A stretch of 64,000 nucleotides of DNA from Candidatus Saccharimonadota bacterium (GTDB lineage Bacteria > Patescibacteriota > Saccharimonadia > Saccharimonadales > Saccharimonadaceae), in NCBI GenBank assembly GCA_017430725.1, contig JAFRMK010000007.1, positions 22,929 to 86,928 of the forward strand, in the 5' to 3' direction. Shown here one piece after another: positions 21,526 through 30,234 of the stretch. Both the position numbers and the translations under genes were made by a program. The stretch's first letter is position 1, and each line of letters begins with the position of its first letter. The notes under the pieces are model-generated. The model was not told the origin of the DNA. It saw only the letters and a list, made by a program, of their open reading frames with translations, and ran no database searches.

Positions 21526-22095
21526 TCACCGCTTCGGCGTTATTGCGGCCCTTAAATAATAAAACCGCTCAATATTGCCAAACCGCCCAGCCAGGCTATT
21601 ATCTTTCTTGCTCACCACCACAAAATCATTCCGCTTCAGCCAAGTCTCAAAATCCGCAATTACCTCACGACGCATTTTATGATTCTTCAGTATCCCGTCC
21701 TTCAATTGCCAGGGCTTAGCCTCGAACTGCGGCTTCAGCATCACGAGATATTCAGTTTCTCGTCCCGCCAAATTCTTCCGCGCATAAGTCAAGACTTTAG
21801 TTAAACTCACAAAACTCACATCCGCCACGACCACATCTGGCTTTTCCGCCAAGGCAAACTCAAAAACATCCGTCTTTTCGTGCAATTCCACTCGCTCGTC
21901 AAATCGCAGTGGCGCTTTCATCTGATTCGTACCTTTCTCCACCGCAATCACTTTTCGCGCCCCCGCGCGCAGCGCCGCTTCCGTAAAACCACCCGTCGAA
22001 GCACCGATATCAAGCACCGTCTTGCCGCGCAAATCAACCCGAAAGGCTCGCAGTGCCTCTTCTAGTTTCAATCCCGCTCGACTCACTGTACTCAT
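21526..22095 (-). CDS. tlyA: TlyA/FtsJ-like rRNA 2'-O-methyltransferase, short form without an S4 domain
   Basis: SRAGLKLEEALRAFRVDLRGKTVLDIGASTGGFTEAAL carries the SAM motif. At 189 aa it appears to lack the N-terminal S4 RNA-binding domain. Confidence 0.7.
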   Translation of the reverse strand: MSTVSRAGLKLEEALRAFRVDLRGKTVLDIGASTGGFTEAALRAGARKVIAVEKGTNQMKAPLRFDERVELHEKTDVFEFALAEKPDVVVADVSFVSLTKVLTYARKNLAGRETEYLVMLKPQFEAKPWQLKDGILKNHKMRREVIADFETWLKRNDFVVVSKKDNSLAGRFGNIERFYYLRAAITPKR

Positions 22096-23012
22096 TTCAT
22101 TATCGCCAATATCGGCTTCTCCGCCTTCTTCACTTCAATCAACCGTACATTCTCCAGGCGTTTGTACTCCCCTTCCGCCTGAAGCATCAGATTGGTCGGT
22201 GTCTTAAAAACCAATCTATCGTAATCACTTTCAACACCCGGCACTCGCTTGACAATACTTCGCGCCATAAACCATCCAATCTTCGGCAAATGACGCAATT
22301 TGCCGGTCGCACTCAAAAAATAATCATCCTGTAAATACCATTTTCCGCCCCGCATCATCTTCGCCACCGTCTTGCCATTCACCGCCATGTAGTCCGTCGT
22401 CCGCACGCAATTGACATATTCCTCCGATGAATTCCCCAACACAAAATCACTCAAAAACTCATTCTTGCGCCGTTTCAGCCACCACAACACCAATGTCTTT
22501 AGGCTGAACAATAGGTGGTGTCGGTGTTTTTTCTTCTTCAGGCGCGCTCGCACTTTTGGCTCATCAAATACCGCGCACGCCTCCGCGAACATGCCGGCCG
22601 TAAAATAGCACATACCATAACGCCAATGTTTTCCATTCACCCGACATTCAAGCGGCCAAACTTCTTGCGCATCGCCCTTAATAATATCTTCAAACTTCAA
22701 ACTACCCAAACTGCGCGCGACATCATTGAAATTGCCAAACGGCATTGCGCCAACTCGCACATTCTTCGCCTTTGACAGCATCACGCCATTCACTACTATC
22801 GTTGCCGTCGCATCTCCGCCCGCTGCTATCACTAAGTCGCCATCTTTCAACACGCGCGCTAAACGCTTTGCGTTGTCGTCGACATTCGTTTTCGCAATCT
22901 CAAACTTGCCAATCGCCCAAGCCTTCAGCTCGCGCGCCGGCGCCAGCGCCTCTTTTTCAACCCGCCAAAAACTCGAGCTTCGTCGGTTATAGACCAAAAT
23001 CAAACGTCTCAT
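22092..23012 (-). CDS. Diacylglycerol/lipid kinase family protein (DAGK_cat/LCB5-like)
   Basis: DGDLVIAAGGDATATIVVNG...VGAMPFGNFNDVARSLG follows the GGDGT...P.GT.NDFAR pattern. It overlaps both neighbours by 4 nt. Confidence 0.7.
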   Translation of the reverse strand: MRRLILVYNRRSSSFWRVEKEALAPARELKAWAIGKFEIAKTNVDDNAKRLARVLKDGDLVIAAGGDATATIVVNGVMLSKAKNVRVGAMPFGNFNDVARSLGSLKFEDIIKGDAQEVWPLECRVNGKHWRYGMCYFTAGMFAEACAVFDEPKVRARLKKKKHRHHLLFSLKTLVLWWLKRRKNEFLSDFVLGNSSEEYVNCVRTTDYMAVNGKTVAKMMRGGKWYLQDDYFLSATGKLRHLPKIGWFMARSIVKRVPGVESDYDRLVFKTPTNLMLQAEGEYKRLENVRLIEVKKAEKPILAIMK

Positions 23013-23749
23013 GCTTTCTCGTTCAAAACCGCAATCAATTCTTCGATTCTGTCATAAAAACTCAGCACCTCATCCTTGTCGAAATCGAATATGTCCTTAA
23101 ACGACAGCTCCGCATAAGCATCCGTTAGCTCTTCGCCGGCAATCTCGAAATTGCCATAATCTTCAATCAGCTTTTTTTCGTCAACATTTTCAACATCGCC
23201 ATATTTTTTCGAAAAATCTTCCGCCAGCGCACGATATTCACTGAGCCGTTTCGCCATTTCCTGCAAAAACTTGTTATCACTTTTTTCCAGCTCCGCCAAA
23301 TCTTCCGCACTCACGCCATCTTCCGCCTTTACGAGCTTCATCACGGTCCGCTCGATATTCATCGTCTTTTCAAGTTTGCCGTAAGCCTCCTTTGCGGACT
23401 CATATTTTTCAGCAACTGCTTGGTTCTTCAGCGCCGCACTCGCCCCCAAACTCTCCATGTACTGCGCAACTTTTTCGCCCGCTTTTTCGAATTCTTCAAC
23501 TCTCTGCGACGCCTCATCGTCCAGTTCAAGACTCTCGGCCGCTCCGTTCAAAAATGCCGACACCTCAACCTTCGTCTTTAATATTTCATTCGCATCCCCC
23601 AGCGCCTCCTTATAGCCAAGATTTCCGCGCAAAAGCAGCATTACACCCAAAGTCGCACCAAAAGCTACCACCAGCAACGCAACACCCAATGCGACAATCT
23701 TCCCCTTCGTCAACGTTTTACGTTTTTTCTGTTGTTTCAGATGTTTCAT
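23009..23749 (-). CDS. Single-pass membrane protein with a helical acidic ectodomain (hypothetical)
   Basis: The N-terminus is basic (KKRKTLTKGK) and followed by a TM helix (IVALGVALLVVAFGATLGVMLLL). The rest is E/K/A-rich. Confidence 0.55.
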   Translation of the reverse strand: MKHLKQQKKRKTLTKGKIVALGVALLVVAFGATLGVMLLLRGNLGYKEALGDANEILKTKVEVSAFLNGAAESLELDDEASQRVEEFEKAGEKVAQYMESLGASAALKNQAVAEKYESAKEAYGKLEKTMNIERTVMKLVKAEDGVSAEDLAELEKSDNKFLQEMAKRLSEYRALAEDFSKKYGDVENVDEKKLIEDYGNFEIAGEELTDAYAELSFKDIFDFDKDEVLSFYDRIEELIAVLNEKA

Positions 23750-24352
23750 TTAGAGCCCTTTCGTCCATAATTCACTTGGTAGCGGCCACGAGTTTGCCTG
23801 ACACCCCAACAGTCCCGTCGATTGCTGGAGCATAATCGGCGCCAAACCCGACTCGGTCTCGCAACTCGTTATGTGATCGTGCCCCAAGAAATGCCCCACT
23901 TCGTGGTTAATCACCATCTGCCGATAATTCGCCAAACTTACGCCCAACGCATTATAGCTATCCGATGCGCCTAACCAGCGGTCGTCATTGATGTATACAT
24001 TTGGTTTCACCGTGCAACTTAATTCAGCCGAGCAACCGGCACTAGCTTTCGCGACTTCCGATGCCTCCGCCAAAAATACATGCATTTGCGCACCCCCTTC
24101 CACTGCCGTAAATTTCAGCCCCGCACGCCCCCAACCACGCGCGTCATCCAGCGTAGCCGCTACTACATTCTTAAACTCATTCAAATCACCTTTCACCGTC
24201 CCCAGACTATCAACATCGTATTTAATCTCAATCACATGACCGCTCGCATTCCCTGCCTCTGCCACGTAATAGCTATCGACCGTTTCCTGCACGGAAATCT
24301 GCGTCTTCATCACCTCGGCCTGCATCAGCAAACCGACCAAACTCTCCAACAT
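23750..24352 (-). CDS. HExxH zinc-metallopeptidase-like protein (DUF3152-like)
   Basis: The motif is MVINHEVGHFLGHDH. No signal peptide is obvious. Confidence 0.55.
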   Translation of the reverse strand: MLESLVGLLMQAEVMKTQISVQETVDSYYVAEAGNASGHVIEIKYDVDSLGTVKGDLNEFKNVVAATLDDARGWGRAGLKFTAVEGGAQMHVFLAEASEVAKASAGCSAELSCTVKPNVYINDDRWLGASDSYNALGVSLANYRQMVINHEVGHFLGHDHITSCETESGLAPIMLQQSTGLLGCQANSWPLPSELWTKGL

Positions 24353-24446
24353 ACTTACACTTCCTCCTCGCTGGAATTTTCAAAAAACTTATGTATCAAT
24401 TTTAGCAAAAATCACCTTTACCCACCATAGCAATTATCGCCAAAGC

Positions 24447-27400
24447 CTATTCAGGCAATTCCAAAGTCCAAGGACTAGTCGTAGTACCACTACCCCCGGA
24501 AATTAGCACTCCAGGCTTGATAGATACAACTGGTCGAGCCGCACCACTCTTTGTAACAAGTTGAGACGCGTTACCGCCAACAGTCTCATTATATGTAGCG
24601 GTAGAAAGACTACTCACCGAACTTCCAGCCATATACTGACCAACAGGAGTCATCATCCAAGCAAAGGAATTACTATTGCTTAATCCGTCCAAATAGGTTG
24701 GTGAATTGTAGCAAGTGGGGCAAGTCCCATGGGTAATCTTCACCTCGTCGTAAGAATAAAGCCCAATTGGATATGTCAGCGCACCATTCCCGTTCTCTGG
24801 ATTAACAGTAAAAGAGTCATTGGGGTTATCACATTCAAAGGTGGGAGGTTCCGAATTCGAAAATGATACTTTGTACTTCATTAAACCGGTAGATACGCCT
24901 CCCCCATTTGGATTCCATCCCGCAAGCGTCGTTATCGTCCTGTTGTTACAGAAAGTAGTATCCTCCAAATACTCCTCGTTACTCGTATCCTTCACGTTAT
25001 TTTCATACCATGTATCCAACTTGTTCTTTATTGTTGAGCTCGTCGTGTTCTGTTGCATTTCTGAAATTGCATCCCCAATACCCTTCCCGTTCGTCAAACT
25101 CACATAGCGCAATGTTGGATCGATGTCGTAGACCAACGATGTCACGTTGGTTCCAAATGAGGTGTAGTCAAACAGGAAAAATACATAATATACAGTTCCG
25201 CAAACGCCACTTGTATTAAAACAGGTATAGTGTGCATTATTTAATTTCATCTTTTCTTCGCTATCAACGACGTTCCATATATTGACCGACGTATCGTTAT
25301 CAAGAGTATATTCGCCATTGTTGTAGCTAAAGCTATTAGAAAATTTATAAGCTTGTAGCGGAGTAGTGTAATTAAGTCGCGTAACATTTGAATAATAAGC
25401 ATACCATGGCTGGCTACATGAATTAGCGTCATTGGTTACGCAGATATATTTATTCTTAACTTTGTTATATTCAGAAAACCAATCCGTCAACCTAATTGTT
25501 TTGATTTCAGATGTATCAGTAATCGCATAGGTTCCATCACCATTATCGGAAAAGCCATCACCGTACACCATTGAATAATTTACGGCATCCAGCGTTGTAT
25601 TACCAGATAATCCAATGTAGTAATACGTACTACCGCTCACCCCAACAATATAATTGACCGTTCCACTCGTATACGCATCCTCCTGATTCCCGAAAGTATA
25701 CTTTCCGACCAAGCTTCCATAGTCGTCCGTACTTGATATTTGATACGCATCTACGAGGTTCCACACTCCCTCGACCGGCTCATTATAGCTTGCCCGATCC
25801 GCGTACCAATAGTCCGTACTCAGAGATGCGCTAGACAAGAATGTCTTCTTCCCGCCAAGTTTCTTTGATGTCTCAGGATAAACCGTACCGTACATATAGC
25901 CATTGTATGCAAGCGAATTATTATTTGGGTTAAATGCCACGGCTCCAATGTCCGTTACTCCATAAGAACTCGCTGCTCCGTTCTTGCATTGCCCGCTCGC
26001 TGTAGGTGAGCCATTGTAGACAAGTTTAACTCCGCCAGTTCCCGTAGTCCGCATTGCCTTCCAGCAATAGTTCGCATATATTACGTTGTTATCCCCCGAC
26101 CCGCGGTAATAATAAATCGGGTTTTCGTCGTCCACCGTAGGATAAAACGTAAGCACCCCAAGTCCGTTCTTCTTTGACGGATAATCGGCATACTTCACAT
26201 ATTCGTCTGTCCCAGTTGTCTTCTTCGCGATAGTATTATACAAGGTCTTCACCCAATAAACTTCACCCTCGGCCTTTTTCTCGATTGACGACTTCGACCA
26301 AGTTGCACGAATTCTCACATCTCCTTCAGGCATCCTAAAGTAGTCTTCATTAAAGCGTTTCGCGACATCACTCACCACAACGTAACCATTAAAGTTGTAA
26401 CCCTCACACACCGGCACTGAATCACTTATCTCTGCGATCTGATACACGAAACGTTCTTCTTGGCCAGGCGTGCCACTTACCGTGCAATCGCTTGGCGCAT
26501 TCGCTTCATAAATAACAGAATAGTTATTCCTTAACGACGGCGACTCTGTGCTACTCACATTTTCATCTCTCCCACCCTCAATGCTAGAAACAACATTTTC
26601 GCGCTTGTTGGTCGAGTATGTCCCGCCGGCGCGCTTATAGGCGTCCTTCAGCTTTAGCTTGACGGTCAATCTTACACTCTTCCCCGAACGAAGCTTATCC
26701 TCCATACTCCAGACAATTTTCTGAGTACCGTCTTCTTCAGTCAATAAGGCGCTCCCCGCCGAAGCCTTCAAGCTACTTGTCTCGTCAACCGAGAAATATC
26801 TGCTATCAACATAATCGGTCACCGTAAACTCCGTATAATTGCGTGGCATTGCGACAACATCAAACAGCGTGTTATGGAGACTGCTCATATCCGCGATATA
26901 CTGTTCATCTGATATCCTCTTAATCGGCGCCAAAACTCCGCCTTGACCCATTTCATACTGAATCGCTCCAAATGTCGCATAAGGATATAATTGCTTCAGC
27001 GCCGCGAACTCCTCGACCTCATAGGGGGACCCAACTGTCGGCAGACCATCCGTCAGGATCAAGACGTATAACTCACGATTAGCATCTTCGGTATACCCAT
27101 TCAAAACATCTCCAACCTTGCTCAAAGCATCATAATAGTTAGTGTTGCTACCTACTGCTAAACCATTGATTACGCTCAAAGCAGAATCTTTGTCATTCGT
27201 AAAACCATACTTTACGTACGCATTCGAGTCAAAGCTTACGAACGCGACTCTGTTTTCTTCATCATTAAGCAAATCATCGACTACCTCCGACATATCAGTT
27301 TTCACTTGGTTCAATTTATTGCCACGCATGGAAGCACTAACGTCAACGGCAAAAACTATATCCCGCTTCGCGTCAGAGCTCTTCCGATTTGTGCTCACAT

Positions 27401-29732
27401 TTATCGTCAACTCAGCCTCACCGTCACCGACCCACTTAGCTGATTTTGTTAACTTCCATGAACCACCCTCGCCGTTATCATAATCTGCATCACTAGACAT
27501 TAAATCAATCGTCGAAACATCTGCGTTCTTATCCGCTATCTTTTGTGGCAGGTTTATTGCTAAACCTACCGCAAGCGCGATTAGCGCCAAATCCATAGTC
27601 GCCATGGCAATCAAACGACCTCTTGTTGCGGTATTAGGATTAAAGAAACGACCCAGGCCTTTCATCTTTAGAAAAGCGCGCTTTACGCCTGATAACTGCT
27701 CGTTTTTGATTGTTTTAACCATCATGAAAACGCTTGCAATAATTCCAATAATACCCACAAAACCAACCAGTACGTAATCTGAAATCTTATCTAAGGTATT
27801 AACAATTATGCCTCCAACGCTCTTGCGCTCCGGCCTACCTTCCTCTTTGCCTGATTCCTTTTCCCCCTCTGTGCCAGTTCCTTGATTACCAGGTTCAGGT
27901 TCAGGTTCAGGGTCAGGTTCAGGTTCTGGCTCCGGCTCTTCATAAAATTCAGTATTAAAACTCACGCTCGCAACATGATCGGTTTCTTCATCAAACTGAT
28001 AACCTTCCGCGACCGCACCATCCAGCTGCGCACTATTCGTATAGGTCTGATCAATATTCTCGGTCACCTCATAATCCACATAAATCTTCACATATGAATT
28101 TGCCTGGATGCTTGGGATTACAACACGCCCATCGTCTTTTACCGTATAATTACTTCTCCTTTGGAAAGAAGCCCCCTCTAGCTCATCCGTCAATTGCACA
28201 TTCGAAACTGGGACGCTTAGCGAATTCCGTACAGTGATTTCAAAGGAAACGGTATCGCCAACACGATAAACTTCCTTCTCTTTCAATATTCTCATCGAAA
28301 TAGTCGGCGAAAAGCTACCTAATTGCCTCATCCACTCACCGTAAATCGTGATATCTTCTGCCGGCATCTCAAAAGTCTCTGATTGGTACCAACCCGTAAA
28401 GGTATATCCGTCGGAAACTGGTTCATCCTCCAAATGAACAATTTCGCCCGCAGGATATTCCTTTACCGCCGGCAAAAGCGTCCTATAGCTTGGCGGATAG
28501 GTGCTTCCCTCGAACGCATAAGTAACCTTATACGTCTTCTTAGTAAAACTACCGTGAATAGTGACATTTCCTTCTGGCATCGTAAAGCCACGTTCCGATA
28601 AACTCGCATCCTGACTCGTCCAACCATTAAATAAGTACTCGTCAATCTCAGCATTTTTTGCCAACGAATCAAGAGGCACAATCTCACCCGCCTCGTACTG
28701 TTTCGTCTTTGGCGCAACATAATCAAACGGCGTTTCGCCATCAATTTCGTAGGTTACATTATATTTTGTAGCAACTGGCTTTGCCGTAAAACTCCCCGTA
28801 AACGACACTGCAGCTGCCGGCATCACAAAGCTTCCATTCTCTAACTCTGCATCACTCGTTTGCCAACCAGAGAACTGATAGCCATCAACTTCCGGCGAAA
28901 CTGCAACCCCGACGTTCGTCCCCTCCGTATACGATTGCGTGGAAGGAACTGCCGGCGCATTCTCTGGAACTGTGCCAGTATACGAATACGAGACATCATA
29001 TGTCGAAACAGAAGTTACGTCTAATTTCTCTATACCCATCCACGAATGGATCGTGTTCGAATTTTGGTTAACTGTACCATCTCTCAAGTTCGCCGTGTTA
29101 TAAAAATCCATCCTCTGAGCGTCGCCCAACGTCGGCGTTTTCGTAATAATGCCAACCGAAAGCTCACACCCGGCCTCGATATTTTCCGCCTTAAATGAAA
29201 CCATTCGCGTAGCAGGATTATAGTGCACACCATGATAATAATACTCAGTATTACCAGAGGCCCATGTCCCCTGATTCGTCCTAGACTCCTTCGTATCATC
29301 AACCACATGCCCAGCACAAGACGTCGCTGAACCATCCCGTGAAACAGCGCCAATCGTACCATTTTTCGTCGTTTTGAAACCTACAAATGTCAACCCATCA
29401 GGAATTCTGTCCGTAACCACCACGACTCCAGTCCCTACATTTGCAATTCTCGTATCAGATGAGGTAACGCCGTTTTTATCAACACCATCGCTTTTCACAA
29501 TCAAGTAGTACTCGAGCTGTGAATTCTGCTCTACTCTTGCATGGTTATCTAAAGCATCGGATGACTCCTTCTGTAGCTTATATGACACCGATGAAATCCC
29601 CATTGCTAAAAGCAGTACCGCTACCGCCCCGCACAAAGCAATCACATGGCGCGGACGAATCCGGTCAAAAAACTTATCTGGACTAACGCCTTTTGCTGGC
29701 TCAAAAGACTTAATAGGGTTCGTGTTACTCAT
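24447..29732 (-). CDS. Giant surface protein (1761 aa): N-terminal anchor, DUF11-like and B-repeat ectodomain, PE linker, two internal TM helices, VWA domain, large Y/N/T-rich C-terminal domain
   Basis: TM1 is HVIALCGAVAVLLLAMGISSV. VVVTDRIPDGLTFVG is DUF11-like. There are three repeats of the 'Y.V.Y......GY.F.GW' type (DGYQFSGWQ, YLFNGWTS, DGYTFTGWY). The linker is (EP)n. The internal segment is VNTLDKISDYVLVGFVGIIGIIASVFMMVKTIK ... RLIAMATMDLALIALAVGLAI. The MIDAS motif is FAVDVSASM. Confidence 0.85.
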   Translation of the reverse strand: MSNTNPIKSFEPAKGVSPDKFFDRIRPRHVIALCGAVAVLLLAMGISSVSYKLQKESSDALDNHARVEQNSQLEYYLIVKSDGVDKNGVTSSDTRIANVGTGVVVVTDRIPDGLTFVGFKTTKNGTIGAVSRDGSATSCAGHVVDDTKESRTNQGTWASGNTEYYYHGVHYNPATRMVSFKAENIEAGCELSVGIITKTPTLGDAQRMDFYNTANLRDGTVNQNSNTIHSWMGIEKLDVTSVSTYDVSYSYTGTVPENAPAVPSTQSYTEGTNVGVAVSPEVDGYQFSGWQTSDAELENGSFVMPAAAVSFTGSFTAKPVATKYNVTYEIDGETPFDYVAPKTKQYEAGEIVPLDSLAKNAEIDEYLFNGWTSQDASLSERGFTMPEGNVTIHGSFTKKTYKVTYAFEGSTYPPSYRTLLPAVKEYPAGEIVHLEDEPVSDGYTFTGWYQSETFEMPAEDITIYGEWMRQLGSFSPTISMRILKEKEVYRVGDTVSFEITVRNSLSVPVSNVQLTDELEGASFQRRSNYTVKDDGRVVIPSIQANSYVKIYVDYEVTENIDQTYTNSAQLDGAVAEGYQFDEETDHVASVSFNTEFYEEPEPEPEPDPEPEPEPGNQGTGTEGEKESGKEEGRPERKSVGGIIVNTLDKISDYVLVGFVGIIGIIASVFMMVKTIKNEQLSGVKRAFLKMKGLGRFFNPNTATRGRLIAMATMDLALIALAVGLAINLPQKIADKNADVSTIDLMSSDADYDNGEGGSWKLTKSAKWVGDGEAELTINVSTNRKSSDAKRDIVFAVDVSASMRGNKLNQVKTDMSEVVDDLLNDEENRVAFVSFDSNAYVKYGFTNDKDSALSVINGLAVGSNTNYYDALSKVGDVLNGYTEDANRELYVLILTDGLPTVGSPYEVEEFAALKQLYPYATFGAIQYEMGQGGVLAPIKRISDEQYIADMSSLHNTLFDVVAMPRNYTEFTVTDYVDSRYFSVDETSSLKASAGSALLTEEDGTQKIVWSMEDKLRSGKSVRLTVKLKLKDAYKRAGGTYSTNKRENVVSSIEGGRDENVSSTESPSLRNNYSVIYEANAPSDCTVSGTPGQEERFVYQIAEISDSVPVCEGYNFNGYVVVSDVAKRFNEDYFRMPEGDVRIRATWSKSSIEKKAEGEVYWVKTLYNTIAKKTTGTDEYVKYADYPSKKNGLGVLTFYPTVDDENPIYYYRGSGDNNVIYANYCWKAMRTTGTGGVKLVYNGSPTASGQCKNGAASSYGVTDIGAVAFNPNNNSLAYNGYMYGTVYPETSKKLGGKKTFLSSASLSTDYWYADRASYNEPVEGVWNLVDAYQISSTDDYGSLVGKYTFGNQEDAYTSGTVNYIVGVSGSTYYYIGLSGNTTLDAVNYSMVYGDGFSDNGDGTYAITDTSEIKTIRLTDWFSEYNKVKNKYICVTNDANSCSQPWYAYYSNVTRLNYTTPLQAYKFSNSFSYNNGEYTLDNDTSVNIWNVVDSEEKMKLNNAHYTCFNTSGVCGTVYYVFFLFDYTSFGTNVTSLVYDIDPTLRYVSLTNGKGIGDAISEMQQNTTSSTIKNKLDTWYENNVKDTSNEEYLEDTTFCNNRTITTLAGWNPNGGGVSTGLMKYKVSFSNSEPPTFECDNPNDSFTVNPENGNGALTYPIGLYSYDEVKITHGTCPTCYNSPTYLDGLSNSNSFAWMMTPVGQYMAGSSVSSLSTATYNETVGGNASQLVTKSGAARPVVSIKPGVLISGGSGTTTSPWTLELPE
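27892..27939 (-). repeat. In-frame hexanucleotide tandem repeat (GGTTCN)n encoding the EPEPEPEPDPEPEPEP linker
   Basis: The + strand reads ggttcaggttcaggttcagggtcaggttcaggttctggctccggctc. Confidence 0.9.
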
Positions 29733-29757
29733 TACCTCTCACTTGTTTATCTTTTTT

Positions 29758-29766
29758 ATTGTACCA
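29758..29766 (-). promoter_or_regulatory. Extended -10 (TGgTACAAT) for the giant surface gene
   Basis: The minus strand reads cttgTGGTACAATaaaaaagataaacaagtGAGAGGtaATG, a ~25-nt leader with an SD. Confidence 0.4.
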
Positions 29767-29795
29767 CAAGCAGAATCAGCAGCGTCCCCCGACAA

Positions 29796-29817
29796 CAAAA
29801 ACCGCCCCTACTGGGCG
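29796..29817 (-). terminator. Hairpin plus U-run downstream of tRNA-Ser(GGA)
   Basis: The minus strand reads CGCCCagtagGGGCGgttttt. Confidence 0.5.
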
Positions 29818-29829
29818 ATTCAATTAATC

Positions 29830-29919
29830 TGGCGGAGAGATGGGGATTCGAACCCCAGATACGGTTTCCCGCATACACGCTTTCCAAGCGTGCGCCTTCA
29901 ACCACTCGGCCTCCTCTCC
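29830..29919 (-). tRNA. tRNA-Ser (anticodon GGA), CCA encoded
   Basis: The reverse complement is GGAGAGGAGGCCGAGTGGTTGAAGGCGCACGCTTGGAAAGCGTGTATGCGGGAAACCGTATCTGGGGTTCGAATCCCCATCTCTCCGCCA. The anticodon stem is CACGC/GCGTG and the loop is TTGGAAA. There is a long variable arm and a TTCGAAT T-loop. Confidence 0.9.
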
Positions 29920-29976
29920 GGCTCCCTGTATTTTACCATAGATTCATTTACTCAAAAAGCTGCACCACATCGACCA

Positions 29977-30147
29977 GGTAAAATCCAATTCTACAAAAAA
30001 GATAACGGAGGCTACGGCCAAGTTCTCTAGGTAAAATACAAAACTTGCAAAAAGGATAACGGAGGCCACGGCCGAGTTCCAGGCGGCTGTCGCCCGTAAC
30101 GACGGGCCGACAGAACGCCGTCTTTTTGCAAGTTTTGGATTTTACCC
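29977..30147 (+). repeat. Two tandem ~53-nt direct repeats plus an inverted copy of their 26-nt 5' module
   Basis: 29977.. reads ggtaaaatccaattctacaaaaaagataacggaggctacggccaagttc. 30030.. reads ggtaaaatacaaaacttgcaaaaaggataacggaggccacggccgagttc. 30121..30146 (tctttttgcaagttttggattttacc) is the reverse complement of the 26-nt module. Confidence 0.7.
30082..30127 (+). terminator. GC-rich hairpin plus T-run (terminator-like), with no upstream + strand gene
   Basis: The hairpin is GGCG-G-CTGTCG-CCCGT-aacg-ACGGG-C-CGACAG-aa-CGCC, followed by gTCTTTTT. Confidence 0.5.
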
Positions 30148-30181
30148 ACCTTAAGCAATTTCCAAACCCACCTCAACGTTC

Positions 30182-30187
30182 TATAAT
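30182..30187 (+). promoter_or_regulatory. -10 box (TATAAT) upstream of the ABC transporter genes
   Basis: The box is in ttcTATAATaataacagc, about 47 nt before the ATG at 30235. Confidence 0.3.
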
Positions 30188-30234
30188 AATAACAGCAAGA
30201 AAAACAATAATTTTTGAAGGCTCAAAAACAAAGC

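Noticed and set aside
27880-27950. Short tandem repeats (also at 59150..59210) checked as a possible CRISPR array or non-coding VNTR.
   Set aside because: The unit is only 6 nt, there are no spacers, and the repeats are in frame within coding sequence (PE linker). They are reported as coding repeats instead.
30030-30147. The long hairpin considered as an SRP (4.5S) RNA or 6S RNA.
   Set aside because: I could not find the conserved SRP domain IV features (a GGAA/GNRA apical loop with flanking AGCA/GGAAGCAGC-type motifs). At ~118 nt it is short for 6S RNA. I kept it only as an unclassified candidate in the findings.
30214-30234. TTG at 30214 as the start of the ABC ATPase, as given in the track.
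   Set aside because: The ATG at 30235 gives the usual short N-terminus before the '..IKL..I.K.YG' strand. The upstream codons are poorly supported, and the choice remains uncertain.
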